A stretch of 64,000 bases of DNA from Utricularia gibba. Lineage: Eukaryota > Plantae > Magnoliophyta. The notes under the pieces are model-generated. The model ran no database searches. It saw only the letters and a program-made list of their open reading frames with translations, and was not told the origin of the DNA. The stretch covers positions 1,178,001 to 1,242,000 of the forward strand of contig NEEC01000011.1 in NCBI GenBank assembly GCA_002189035.1, written 5' to 3'. The translations under genes were made by a program, and so were the position numbers. Shown piece by piece: positions 37,401 through 48,322 of this stretch (within the stretch, counting starts at the first letter, position 1; the number at the start of each line of letters is the position of its first letter).

Positions 37401-38364
37401 GGACTCTGTGGGGCCCGCACAGAGGCGTCCGAACCAGGCTGGATGATTGTTTTTATTATTATTATTCATTTTTAATATATGAATAATGATAATCAAGTAC
37501 TCAAGGGGGGGAAGTTGGATTTGAAAGCGAGTCGGCCCACCTTCCATTTTTATCTGAACAACCGATCATGCCTTAAGTACAATTCATTCAATGGCAGTCC
37601 TCTCTACGCGACGCACGTCTTCCTCACTTGGGCTTCCGTATCATTTTCAAACACGATTCACTTTTTACCTTTATATTTTGAGCTAATTCAATGGGAACAT
37701 TTCGAAACCAATGCGAAAACAGGTACTGAATCCAGGCTTTTGCTTTTTTTAATGTTCAGGTGGGATCATTGTGGTACAACCCTTTTTCCTTGAAACACTG
37801 AAAAAGCAGTGAATATATTGGATTTCCTGTGGTTGTGTTATGCAAGGGATGATTAGTGTGTTATTAATAATGTAGGTTGATTCCTAACATTTCACTGATG
37901 TCTGAGGTGAGGATAGGAGAGGGGCGCAGCTGCAGTGTAGTGGTGACTGCAGGAGCCTGGGGAGTTGTAGACGGTAAGAAGCAGTTGGGTACTAAAACAA
38001 TGGGAGATATTGGAAGGAGCAGCCGGCTGCGGATTAAACAAGTGGAGTTTATCTTCCAATTTGCATCTAACTGCCATCTCACCACCAAACATCCCAACGA
38101 ACCAGAGAACAAGTAAAGACCTCGCATTTAATACCTTTTCTGCAAGCACCAGCTGTGAGAGGTATAAATTGTTGCAAGGCATACATCTGCTATGTCCGCT
38201 TTTAATGCTTCAGGACCATCTTCACCGGCCACCTACATTTAGAAATAGTCAAAGTTGGAATTTTATTTTAATGTTTTTCCAGCACACCGCCATGGATGTG
38301 TATTTAACGGCCCTTGGGAAGTTATCAATCCCTTGTTCTGTTGAGTATTGCCCATTTCTCCCGA

Positions 38365-41063
38365 ATGGAGCAGACGAGTTGGAGTAGGAATGCACCTTTG
38401 TTTTCCTGGCCATGGGGGATCTTGGAAATTCCAAGGCAAATCCACATTTCTCTTCATTGTTGTCATTCCCGTTCTTGTTTTGGTTCTTAGTGCCCAATCT
38501 GATTAGCAGTGTTTGTTTGTATGCAGTATTTGCTGTATGGTCCTCTGATTGGAAAAGCACTTTATGGGTTGTACAATGGGAAGCTCATTGATGAAGCCTG
38601 GTGTTGGCATGTTCTCATTTTGCTTATTCTCAGAGCTTTTGTTCACCAGTTTTGGAGCTCATATTCTTGCATGTATTTTGTCAATCGTACACGAAGAATC
38701 AATGAGAGCGGCTATGAGTACAGCCAAATCGACGCAGAATGGCATTGGTAAATGATTTGAACTTTGTTAAGTTGAACCTTTAGCGGAACATTATCTTTTG
38801 TTATTGCTTACAGGGATAACTTCTTGATCCTTCAAACTGCGGTTGCTTCATCACTCTTCTTGAGTTTCCCATCCCTGTTTCAGCTTCCCCTGTGGGATCT
38901 GAGAGGAATTTTCTGCGGCTTCATACTTCATGCATTAATATCAGAGCCCCTCTACTATTGGCTCCACAGATTGTTGCATACCTCTGATCTGTTCGAAAAG
39001 TATCACTGGCTTCATCATAGCTCTAAAGTTCTTCATCCATTCACAGGTAATGAACGAGAAACTCCTCACTAAATGATGACAGGTGTGAGTTTTTATTGCT
39101 GATTCTTTTTTCTGAATGTTCTGTTGATGCAGCTGAGCATCTGACCTTCTTTGAGCATCTGCTACAATGTGTTGTGATTGGAATTCCGATCATGGGAACT
39201 GTTGTCATTGGGTATGGCTCAATAAGCCTGATGTATGGCCATCTTTTGGTTTTTGATTTTCTTCAGTGTTTCCGGTATTCGAATGTTGAAATTTTCCCTA
39301 GCCAGATGATTGCTGCTCATCCTGTTCTCAAGTATTTCATCTGTACACCAACGTGAGATATTCTTCTATGGCTTTGCTTGAATTATGATCACGATTTTCT
39401 TGTTATGGAGCAGAAGAAATCGAGTTTGATATGTTTGTGTTTGCTTAATGTTGCAGATATCACGCACTTCACCACTCAGAGATGGATAAAAACTTCTGCT
39501 TGTTCATGCCTCTGTATGATGAAATATGGAAGACAACAAACACAAAGTCATGGGAGCTTCATAAAGTGAATGATTCACGGAAAAGTGAGTTTCTCTTATT
39601 CATATGTCAACATCTACGAACTGGAATTCTCTAACTCTTCACAAATATTGAAATGGCAGCTAGCCGAGTACCGGATTTCGTGTTTCTAGCTCATGTTGTT
39701 GATGTTATGTCGGCCATGCATGCTCAGTTTGTGTTCCGGTCCTTCAATTCTACATCCTTCTGCGTTAGGTTCTTCTTGCTCCCACTGTGGCCAATTTCAT
39801 ATTGTGCAATGATCCTGATATGGGCAAAGTCAAAGACATTCTTGTTCTCCTTCTATTATCTCCGTGAAAAGCTGCATCAAACATGGATTGTACCAAGATA
39901 CGGCTTCCAGGTAAAGGTTTTCATCTTCCGCATTTACAGAAAAACATGAAATCAGCCAGCAAATCGGATGCCCCTTTTTGCAGTACTTCTTGCCTTTCGC
40001 CAAAGAAGGCATCAACAAGCAGATAGAAGATGCGATCCTCAAGGCAGATAGGCTTGGAGTTAAGGTCATCAGTCTTGCTGCTCTGAATAAGGCAAGGTTC
40101 CTTTCTGTTTCTTGCTTTCCAGGATTTTCCATGGCGGATGTCCTCCATTTATCGAAACTATGGAGAATTTGACTGAGAAGCTATTTGATTGCAGAACGAA
40201 CCTCTCAACGGAGGTGGAGTACTTTTCACAAATAAGTATCCAGACCTTAAAGTGAGAGTATGCCATGGAAACACCCTTACAGCTGCTGTGATCCTGAAGG
40301 GAATTCCTCAAGATGCCGATGAGGTTTTCTTAACCGGGTCAACTTCAAAACTGGGAAGAGCCATCGCAATCTATCTTGCTCGTCGAAAGGTTAAGGTTAT
40401 GGTAAGAGCTGGAGCACCTAAACGATATTCAAAGTCATCCAGCTTTCAGAGATATTCAAAGTGTCTGATGTTATTTATTCCATCGTAGATGCTCACGACG
40501 TCTTCAGAGAGGTTCATGAAGATCCAGAAAGAGGTGTCGCCGGAGTTCCAGACGTATTTAGTACGAGTTACCAAGTATCAGGCAGCCAGCAATTGCAAGG
40601 TAACGAGACATGAGCTTAGCATAGTGTACAGACATCTGCAACTCACATATTGCTGTCCTCAGACATGGATCCTTGGTAAATGGGCAACACCACAAGAGCA
40701 ATACGCTGCTCCTCCAGGAACACATTTCCATCAATTCGTTGTCCCTCCGGTGATCCAGTTCAGGCGAGACTGCACGTATGGAAGCCTTGCCGCGATGAGA
40801 TTGCCCGATGATGTTGAGGGACTGGGCTCCTGTGAGGTAAACGCAACCCACAATTCCTACTTCGCACCATTAAGATCCGGTCGAGTTACCATCTTGTTGT
40901 TTTTCAGTACACGCTGGGTAGAGGAGTGGTTCACGCCTGCCACGCCGGAGGGATGGTTCATTTCCTGGAAGGATGGCAGCATCATGAAGTCGGAGCTATA
41001 GACGTTGAGCGGATTGATCCTGTTTGGGAAGCTGCTCTGAGACATGGCCTTAAGCCTGCATGA
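38365..41063 (+). CDS. CER3: ECERIFERUM3/WAX2-like very-long-chain alkane/aldehyde biosynthesis protein
   Basis: Exons: 38365-38435, 38527-38747, 38814-39046, 39133-39352, 39457-39584, 39660-39910, 39984-40091, 40195-40401, 40489-40599, 40663-40836, 40908-41063. His boxes HRLLH, HWLHH and HALHH; [19 protein letters not shown]; [10 protein letters not shown]; [12 protein letters not shown]; [12 protein letters not shown]. These match CER3 rather than CER1. Two GC donors; -1 frameshift in the G-run at 38414-38418. Confidence 0.93.
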
Positions 41064-41360
41064 TCATCTTCTACAAAGAGATATGGAGTTGATTTCGGAT
41101 CGAATTTGGATTCGGAGCTTCTCCCAGGCACTGGTATGGGAGTGCACCGATGTCTATCGATGGACAAAATTCCATTCCACGTATATAACGTATCCACCAT
41201 TGTTGTGTTCAAATCGATAGATGAAGAAGCACAGCCACTGGTTTCATGTGCCCATAAAAGTTTCCACCATTGACGAGTAACAGTTGCTCCTGAATTCTCG
41301 ACGTGTGCTCCTCTAAATAGACACGCCTCCCGAGCGTTGGCGTCGTCAATTTGAAGAGCC

Positions 41361-42170
41361 ATGATGCCGTGCCTCTTGTTGGTTGCCTTCTTCGTTTTTT
41401 TCCGGTCGATCGCAGCCTTTAACATCACAGCAATTCTTGAAAATTACCCAGATTTCTCAACATTTAACAGCTTTATTTCTCAGGCCAAATTGGCATCTCA
41501 GATCAATGGTCGTCAAACTATCACCGTTCTCGCCGTCGCCAATGGCCCCGCTGGTCAACTCTCCGGCATGCCGCCGGAAATGATGAAGGGCATTCTCAGC
41601 ATTCACGTTGTGTTGGATTATTACGATATCCCCAAGCTTCAGAAATTGTCTAAAAAGACCGCGATCCTGACCACACTGTTCCAAAGCTCCGGCTTGGCCC
41701 GGGGTCAACAGGGATTCCTTAACGTGACTATTGAGTCAGGGGGTAAAGTGGCGTTCGGCTCCGCCGTGGCTGGGGCACCTCTAGGGGCCGATTTGGTGAG
41801 ATCCGTCGACTCGCAACCCTACAATATATCCGTATTGGAGGTGAGCAGCTTGATTATTCCACCCGAATTCGATGGCCGCGCCACAAATTCCACCACTTCT
41901 CCGCCAACTCCAAACGCGACCCAGTCGCCGGCACCATCGGCAGCGTCACCCGCTGCGGCGGAGGTTCCTTCCTCGGCAGATACCCCTGCGGTGGATGACT
42001 CCCCGGCTCCCACGGCGGCTTCACCGGTGGGTGATGCCCCTCCGGCTGACACGCCGGAGGCCAGTGCCCCTGGGAGTGACAGTCCGAGTAGCAGCGGCGG
42101 GATTCTTGGGGGTGGATTCACGTTGGCGTTGGCGTTGGCGGCAGAGTTGGCCACTCTCTTCAAAATTTGA
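41361..42170 (+). CDS. Fasciclin-like arabinogalactan protein (single FAS1, GPI-anchored; FLA3/FLA5/FLA14-like)
   Basis: Intronless 269-aa ORF: signal peptide, AFNIT..YPDFSTFN, ITVLAV, HVVLDYYD and QPYNISVLEVS FAS1 motifs, an AP/SP/TP-rich AGP region and a hydrophobic C-terminal GPI signal. Confidence 0.92.
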   Translation: MMPCLLLVAFFVFFRSIAAFNITAILENYPDFSTFNSFISQAKLASQINGRQTITVLAVANGPAGQLSGMPPEMMKGILSIHVVLDYYDIPKLQKLSKKTAILTTLFQSSGLARGQQGFLNVTIESGGKVAFGSAVAGAPLGADLVRSVDSQPYNISVLEVSSLIIPPEFDGRATNSTTSPPTPNATQSPAPSAASPAAAEVPSSADTPAVDDSPAPTAASPVGDAPPADTPEASAPGSDSPSSSGGILGGGFTLALALAAELATLFKI

Positions 42171-43287
42171 GCTTCTCGATTATTTATAATTTTTGAGTAT
42201 TTTTTTTTGAATAAAAGAATTTATTTTTATCCTTTTTTTTGTTAGAATAGCACAAAATTTTGAAAATTGGTGATTTACCTGAATTATTCGGTTACCTAAA
42301 TAATTTGCTAAGAAATTGGAGACGTCTGCGGCTGCGGAGATAAGTTCGTGGGCGAGAGACATATCTTGTGGTTGTGTGTGGCGGTGCACCGTGGCGTCGG
42401 GGAAGGGAAGGTTCCCCAAACATCCACGTAATTTTAGGGGAGCATAAGAGACGCTTTGCGTTCACATTTCTCTTCCGAGCGCCCCATTCGGTTAAACTTT
42501 CAGCCACTGCCGTGTTCTAGGAATTCGGTTGGCCATTCTAAGGTCTCTCTTCTTTCTCTGAGCTAAAAAGCTTCCGTCTAAGGGTTCCTCTTTTTTTTCC
42601 ATAAAAATTTATCCCAATTACGTTCGGCAATATGATTTCTATCTGGGTTTTCGTTGCTTTCCCCGAATTTTAGGTGGGGTATTTTTTTTTCGCTTTAGAA
42701 TGTTAATTCATGAGGAAACTCGGAGACAAAATTTCGCGTTTCTTATGTTTGCCTTATCTTTGCGTTTGCGCAAGTGCTTCCCTTTTGCATTCTTTATCTA
42801 GCAATTGCTGTAACTTCACAAGGAACTATATTTGAATGGTGCCACAGCTTTCATTCGTTCTGTGACGGTTAATCTGTTCAGTTGATTAGGGAAACTAATT
42901 TATAAAGAACTCAGCGTTCATTTTACATGTTTGGTCTTTTCATGTTTCGGTGCTGACATATTTGATTTGTGGATTCTTCTTTTCTGATAGCGGGTTGTGG
43001 GTGTTTATGCTAAAAGTAAGTTGCTGTCTTTTCACTGTTTTTTGAAGTAAGCTTACTATCTTTTGTTGAATCTTTCATGCTTCTTATGTTAAAGGTTTAA
43101 GAATATCTTGTAGTTCATGTTAAATCCTCCTGAAATGGAAGTCTTATTGAGATGACAAGGTCCTAGATTTCGGGCATACCCTCACTTTGAGTCTTTTCCC
43201 AACAGTTAGCTGTTACTTTTTTTTGGTGGATCCATTTATCTTATGTCTATTATTCTGATTATTGAGTTGCTTGGCAGATTCTTCAAT

Positions 43288-46200
43288 ATGGCGTACACAA
43301 TATTTCAATCAACAAATTTGCCTTCTACTTTTGGCTACAATGGACTGTTTGAGGCATCTACAAAGAACAAAAAGGCTGCGACAGCACTTTTATGCTCAAG
43401 ATCAGCTACTTCTAGAACATGGAGCTTCTGTGGATTGCGTGGAGTTAATGCCTTGGACATGATGGTGCACAAAAGTGGCCAGCCATTGCAGGAAAAAGTA
43501 GCAGCTATTACCTCCACCAGGCCAAGAATAAACTCAAGAATGGCACCACGTGCCATGTTTGAGCGCTTCACTGAGAAGGCCATTAAGGTCATAATGCTTG
43601 CACAAGAGGAGGCAAGGAGACTCGGCCACAATTTTGTTGGAACGGAACAGATCTTGCTAGGACTTGTCGGTGAAGGTACTGGGATTGCGGCTAAGGTTCT
43701 CAAGTCAATGGGAATCAATCTTAAAGATGCGCGAGTTGAGGTTGAGAAGATAATAGGGCGTGGTAGTGGATTTGTTGCTGTGGAGATACCTTTTACTCCT
43801 CGTGCTAAGCGTGTTTTAGAACTGTCACTCGAGGAAGCCCGTCAACTTGGTAATGATTTCATCTTTTTTGGTTCTTTTTTTTCTGTTTGGTATGATTGAA
43901 TTCGTACTTTCAATGATTAAGAAGTAGATTTACTTTCTGATTGTATTCATCGTTGGAGATATGGCTGCAATGACCCGTTTTGTTTTTGCTCTGTTCCTCC
44001 CTGATCTTCACCTTCCTGAATCAGTCACATACAGAATGCCTAGCTTCCTTGATGCTCTTTATATTTCGAATTTTCTCAGGCCACAATTACATTGGGTCTG
44101 AGCACTTGCTGCTGGGATTGCTGCGTGAGGGTGAAGGTGTGGCAGCTCGCGTTCTTGAAAACTTAGGGGCGGATCCTAGCAACATTCGAAACCAGGCACC
44201 TCTGTCTTCTTTTCCCACTGGATAGTGATTCTATTACGTGGGCATATTTTAAACAAGCTTTCTGGCGATCAGGTTATCAGGATGGTGGGCGAAAGTGCTG
44301 AGGCTGTGAGTGCTGGTGTTGGAGGGGAAGCTCAGGCAACAAGATGCCTACCCTTGAAGAGTATGGTACCAATTTGACGAAGTTAGCAGAAGAGGTAGTT
44401 CTTAAATTGTACTTCCTTTTCAAAGATATGAAACTGATCTCCTTATTGGTGATCTTCTCTTTGTTTAGGGCAAGCTGGACCCTGTCGTTGGAAGGCAAGA
44501 ACAAATCGAGCGTGTGACTCAAATTTTGGGAAGGCGTACTAAGAATAACCCTTGCCTCATTGGAGAGCCTGGAGTTGGGAAAACTGCCATTGCAGAGGGA
44601 CTTGCTCAGAGAATTGCCAACGGGGATGTTCCTGAGACTATTGAGGGGAAAAAGGTATTGCTCTAGGCGTTTTTTTTTTTTTTTTGATGATATTGAGGCT
44701 ATTAAGATCTATTTTTCCTATCAAGTGATGGGTATTAGTTAGCCTTTTCTTAACCAATACTTTCTTTCCAAAATTACAGGTTATTACACTTGACATGGGC
44801 CTTCTTGTTGCTGGGACGAAGTATCGTGGCGAATTTGAAGAAAGATTAAAGAAACTGATGGAAGAAATCAAGCAAAGTGACGAAATTATACTGTTTATTG
44901 ATGAGGTTCACACCCTAATTGGTGCTGGAGCTGCCGAGGGAGCCATTGATGCTGCAAACATATTGAAGCCTGCTTTGGCTAGGGGGAGCTACAGGTACCA
45001 TTGATAGACAGTGTTTTTCCTGAATTATTTGTCATGTGTCATGCTAATCTACTATCCTGTGCTTCATTATTTTTTACTTTGATTTACTTCCAGTGCATCG
45101 GGGCAACAACTCTGGATGAATACAGGAAGCATATCGAGAAAGATCCAGCACTGGAAAGAAGGTTCCAGCCTGTGAAAGTCCCTGAACCCACAGTAGATGA
45201 AACCATTCAAATTCTTAAAGGGCTTAGAGAACGTTATGAAATACATCACAAGCTTCGTTACACAGATGAAGCGTTGGTGGCCGCAGCTCAATTGTCTTAC
45301 CAGTATATCAGGTGACAAAAAAACTCATTGCAATTTCATTTGTTGGTGCATATACTTGGTCTCTGTTCCTTTTTTTTTCAGTAGGCAATATTCTTGTTCT
45401 CATTTTGAAATTTTCATTTTTTTGGTTTTCTTTGCTTTAAAAATATTCTCCATTGCTGTGTTTTAGCGACCGTTTTTTGCCTGATAAAGCAATCGATTTG
45501 GTTGATGAAGCTGGTTCCCGAGTTCGACTCCGCCATGCACAGGTACATGCATTCATGTGCAGATGGCAAATGTTATCTTTGCTGCGTTTTTATAGTTTTA
45601 TCTTTTCCTGTGCCAGTTCCCTGAAGAAGCAAGAGAACTGGAGAAAGAGCTTAGACAGATTACCAAGGAGAAAAATGATGCAGTCCGTAGTCAAGACTTT
45701 GAGAAGGTGGTTGGCATCCTTCGCATGCATAAAGATGTTCTGATTCATGAACCTCGGATCTATTTGTGCATTTTCTACTCAGCTTTTGTTGGTAATTGAC
45801 TCTTTGGATATCCAGGCTGGGGAACTTAGAGACCGTGAAATGGATTTGAAAGCGCAAATATCCACTCTTGTGGACAAAAGCAAAGAGATGACCAAAGCAG
45901 AAGATGAAGCAGGCGATGGAGGTCCTGTTGTCACAGAAGTCGATATTCAGCATATTGTCTCTTCTTGGACAGGAATCCCAGTGGAGAAGGTGTCGACCGA
46001 TGAATCTGATCGCCTTCTAAAGATGGAAGACACCCTTCACAGACGGGTCATTGGTCAGGATGAAGCTGTGAAAGCCATTAGTCGTGCAATTCGCAGGGCT
46101 CGCGTGGGGCTTAAGAATCCTAACCGCCCCATTGCGAGCTTCATCTTCTCTGGTCCAACTGGAGTTGGGAAATCTGAACTTGCAAAAGCACTTGCAGCTT

Positions 46201-46997
46201 ACTACTTCGGCTCTGAGGAGGCCATGATCCGGCTTGATATGAGTGAGTTCATGGAGCGTCATACGGTTTCGAAGCTAATAGGGTCGCCACCTGGTTATGT
46301 TGGTTACACAGAAGGTGGACAGCTGACGGAAGCTGTTCGTCGGCGTCCATACACGGTTGTGCTATTTGATGAAATCGAGAAGGCTCATCCCGATGTTTTC
46401 AACATGATGCTTCAGATTCTCGAAGATGGGAGGCTCACGGACAGCAAGGGTAGAACCGTGGATTTCAAGAACACCCTTCTCATCATGACATCGAATGTTG
46501 GAAGCAGCGTCATTGAGAAGGGAGGAAGGCGGATTGGCTTCGACCTCGACTATGATGAGAAGGACAGTAGCTACAACAGGATCAAGAGCTTGGTGACGGA
46601 GGAACTGAAGCAATACTTCCGTCCTGAGTTCTTGAACAGACTGGATGAGATGATCGTCTTCCGGCAGCTGACAAAGCTCGAAGTGAAGGAGATCTCTGAA
46701 ATCATGCTGAAGGAGGTGTTCGACCGGTTAAAATCTAAGGACATTGAACTCCAGGTGACAGAGAGGTTCAAGGACAGAGTGGTGGAGGAGGGATACAACC
46801 CAAGCTACGGTGCCAGGCCTCTCCGGAGGGCCATCATGAGACTCCTGGAGGACAGCATGGCTGAGAAGATGCTGTCTCGGGAAATCAAGGAAGGGGATTC
46901 AGTGATCGTGGATGTGGATTCTGAAGGCAATGTGATAGTCCTGAATGGGAGCAGCGGGACGCCACCCGAGCCCGCACCAGAGCCAATGCTTGTGTAG
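43288..46997 (+). CDS. CLPC1: Chloroplast ATP-dependent Clp protease ATP-binding subunit ClpC (Hsp93)
   Basis: Exons: 43288-43849, 44080-44195, 44273-44394, 44469-44654, 44780-44994, 45094-45311, 45467-45542, 45617-45706, 45816-46997. Transit peptide, then [32 protein letters not shown]; Walker A GEPGVGKT and GPTGVGKS; Walker B LFIDEVH and LFDEIEK; [12 protein letters not shown]. Two -1 frameshifts in G-runs (44324-44327, 44982-44986). 5'UTR intron acceptor at 43277. The C1 versus C2 assignment is not resolvable here. Confidence 0.95.
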
Positions 46998-47239
46998 GGT
47001 AGGAGGGTGCAAGCACCCGAGGTTCGTGGGCCGCATTTATTTAGGCAGATGCCACCTGATACGTGGTTACCAACATTTCCTCTGGGGTTGTACTCTCTGT
47101 ATCACTATCTGTATTTGTATTTTAGCGGGTGCAGTAGAGCGAGACCAGGTGCTTTTCTTTAAAAAAACATGAAGATTTTGGTTATGGGGGTGCATGGTTA
47201 TAAAAACCATATTAATTTTATTTGCAAAGATTGACACCA

Positions 47240-47311
47240 GTCGTTGTAGTATAGTGGTAAGTATACCTGCCTGTCACGCAGGTGACCCGGGTTCGATCCC
47301 CGGCAACGGCG
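47240..47311 (+). tRNA. trnD-GTC: tRNA-Asp (anticodon GTC)
   Basis: GTCGTTGTAGTATAGTGGTAAGTATACCTGCCTGTCACGCAGGTGACCCGGGTTCGATCCCCGGCAACGGCG: full cloverleaf, A-box TAGTATAGTGG, B-box GGTTCGATCCC; matches the plant cytosolic tRNA-Asp consensus. Confidence 0.97.
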
Positions 47312-47317
47312 TACTTA

Positions 47318-47323
47318 TTTTTT
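47318..47323 (+). terminator. RNA polymerase III terminator (T6)
   Basis: TTTTTT run 7 nt after the tRNA 3' end. Confidence 0.75.
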
Positions 47324-48322
47324 CCACTCATCACTACACTTTCATGGGCCAAATCTATATGTACAGCTCATACCATCAATTACGTTGCGCGAGTTCTATT
47401 TTATGTAAATTTATGTATTCGGCTCATTGATTAAAAATATAATAAAATATCTTAACATATACAAAAGATTGTAATACAGGTGACAAACTTTACATAATTG
47501 CATTTATATAAAATATACAAAATTTCTAGGGTTATTTATTAGTTTTTTTTTCATGTATTTAGATCATCTATGTTAAATAATTATGAATTATTTATATAGG
47601 TTTTTTCAATTCCATGTATCATACATGTATTAAATTTACATTGAAATATATATTTTCACAACAGAATGATAAATTTGAATAAAATGCTCTTAATTAATGA
47701 TGTTTTAAGTAGCATTGTAACTATTATCTATTTTAAAATATTTCATGATATTTTTAATGTTTAAAAATCACTCATCTTTAGAACTATTATAAATCATATA
47801 CACTCACTTTGCATCTCGGTGTTAGTGTTCGAAAGGTTTAAGAAATTAAAGATGATATTGACTAATTTGGTGATTTATTATGAATGGTTTACTTATCCAT
47901 CTTTTAGTGTGCAAATAATAGATATTGTTTCCGAAAAAGTATAAAATGGTGATTTTGGGGATTGAATTGATTTATTCTTGCTTTCATCGAGACTAAACAT
48001 GTTATGATTATAAAATATAATATTGATATACCTTACTTATATTTGATTTATAATATATAGAGTATTTTGATAATAAAAGTAAAAAAACAATGTATACATA
48101 TAATAAAATTTCATAATATGCATAGCATTACTCTTAAATGCATATCAACTTTCTCTTAATGTTGATGTTGAATTTCTATATTTGAAAAAGAAATTGATAG
48201 AATTTTTCTTTTTTGATGAAAATGCTCGAGCAATTATAATAATGAAGTTTTTTTTCTTTAAGTGAATATGAGGATTAAACAATTATATCTTGTATATGTA
48301 AAATAGAGGCCATTAGAATGAT

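Noticed and set aside
37864-38387. Several overlapping 80-125-aa ORFs upstream of CER3
   Set aside because: No recognisable domain or splice structure; likely promoter or leader sequence.
40982-42189. Antisense and alternative-frame ORFs over the CER3 end and FLA (also those over ClpC)
   Set aside because: Shadow ORFs of GC-rich coding sequence.
43288-46997. ClpC as a pseudogene
   Set aside because: The only lesions are two -1 changes in G-runs; motifs and splice sites are intact, so consensus error is more parsimonious.
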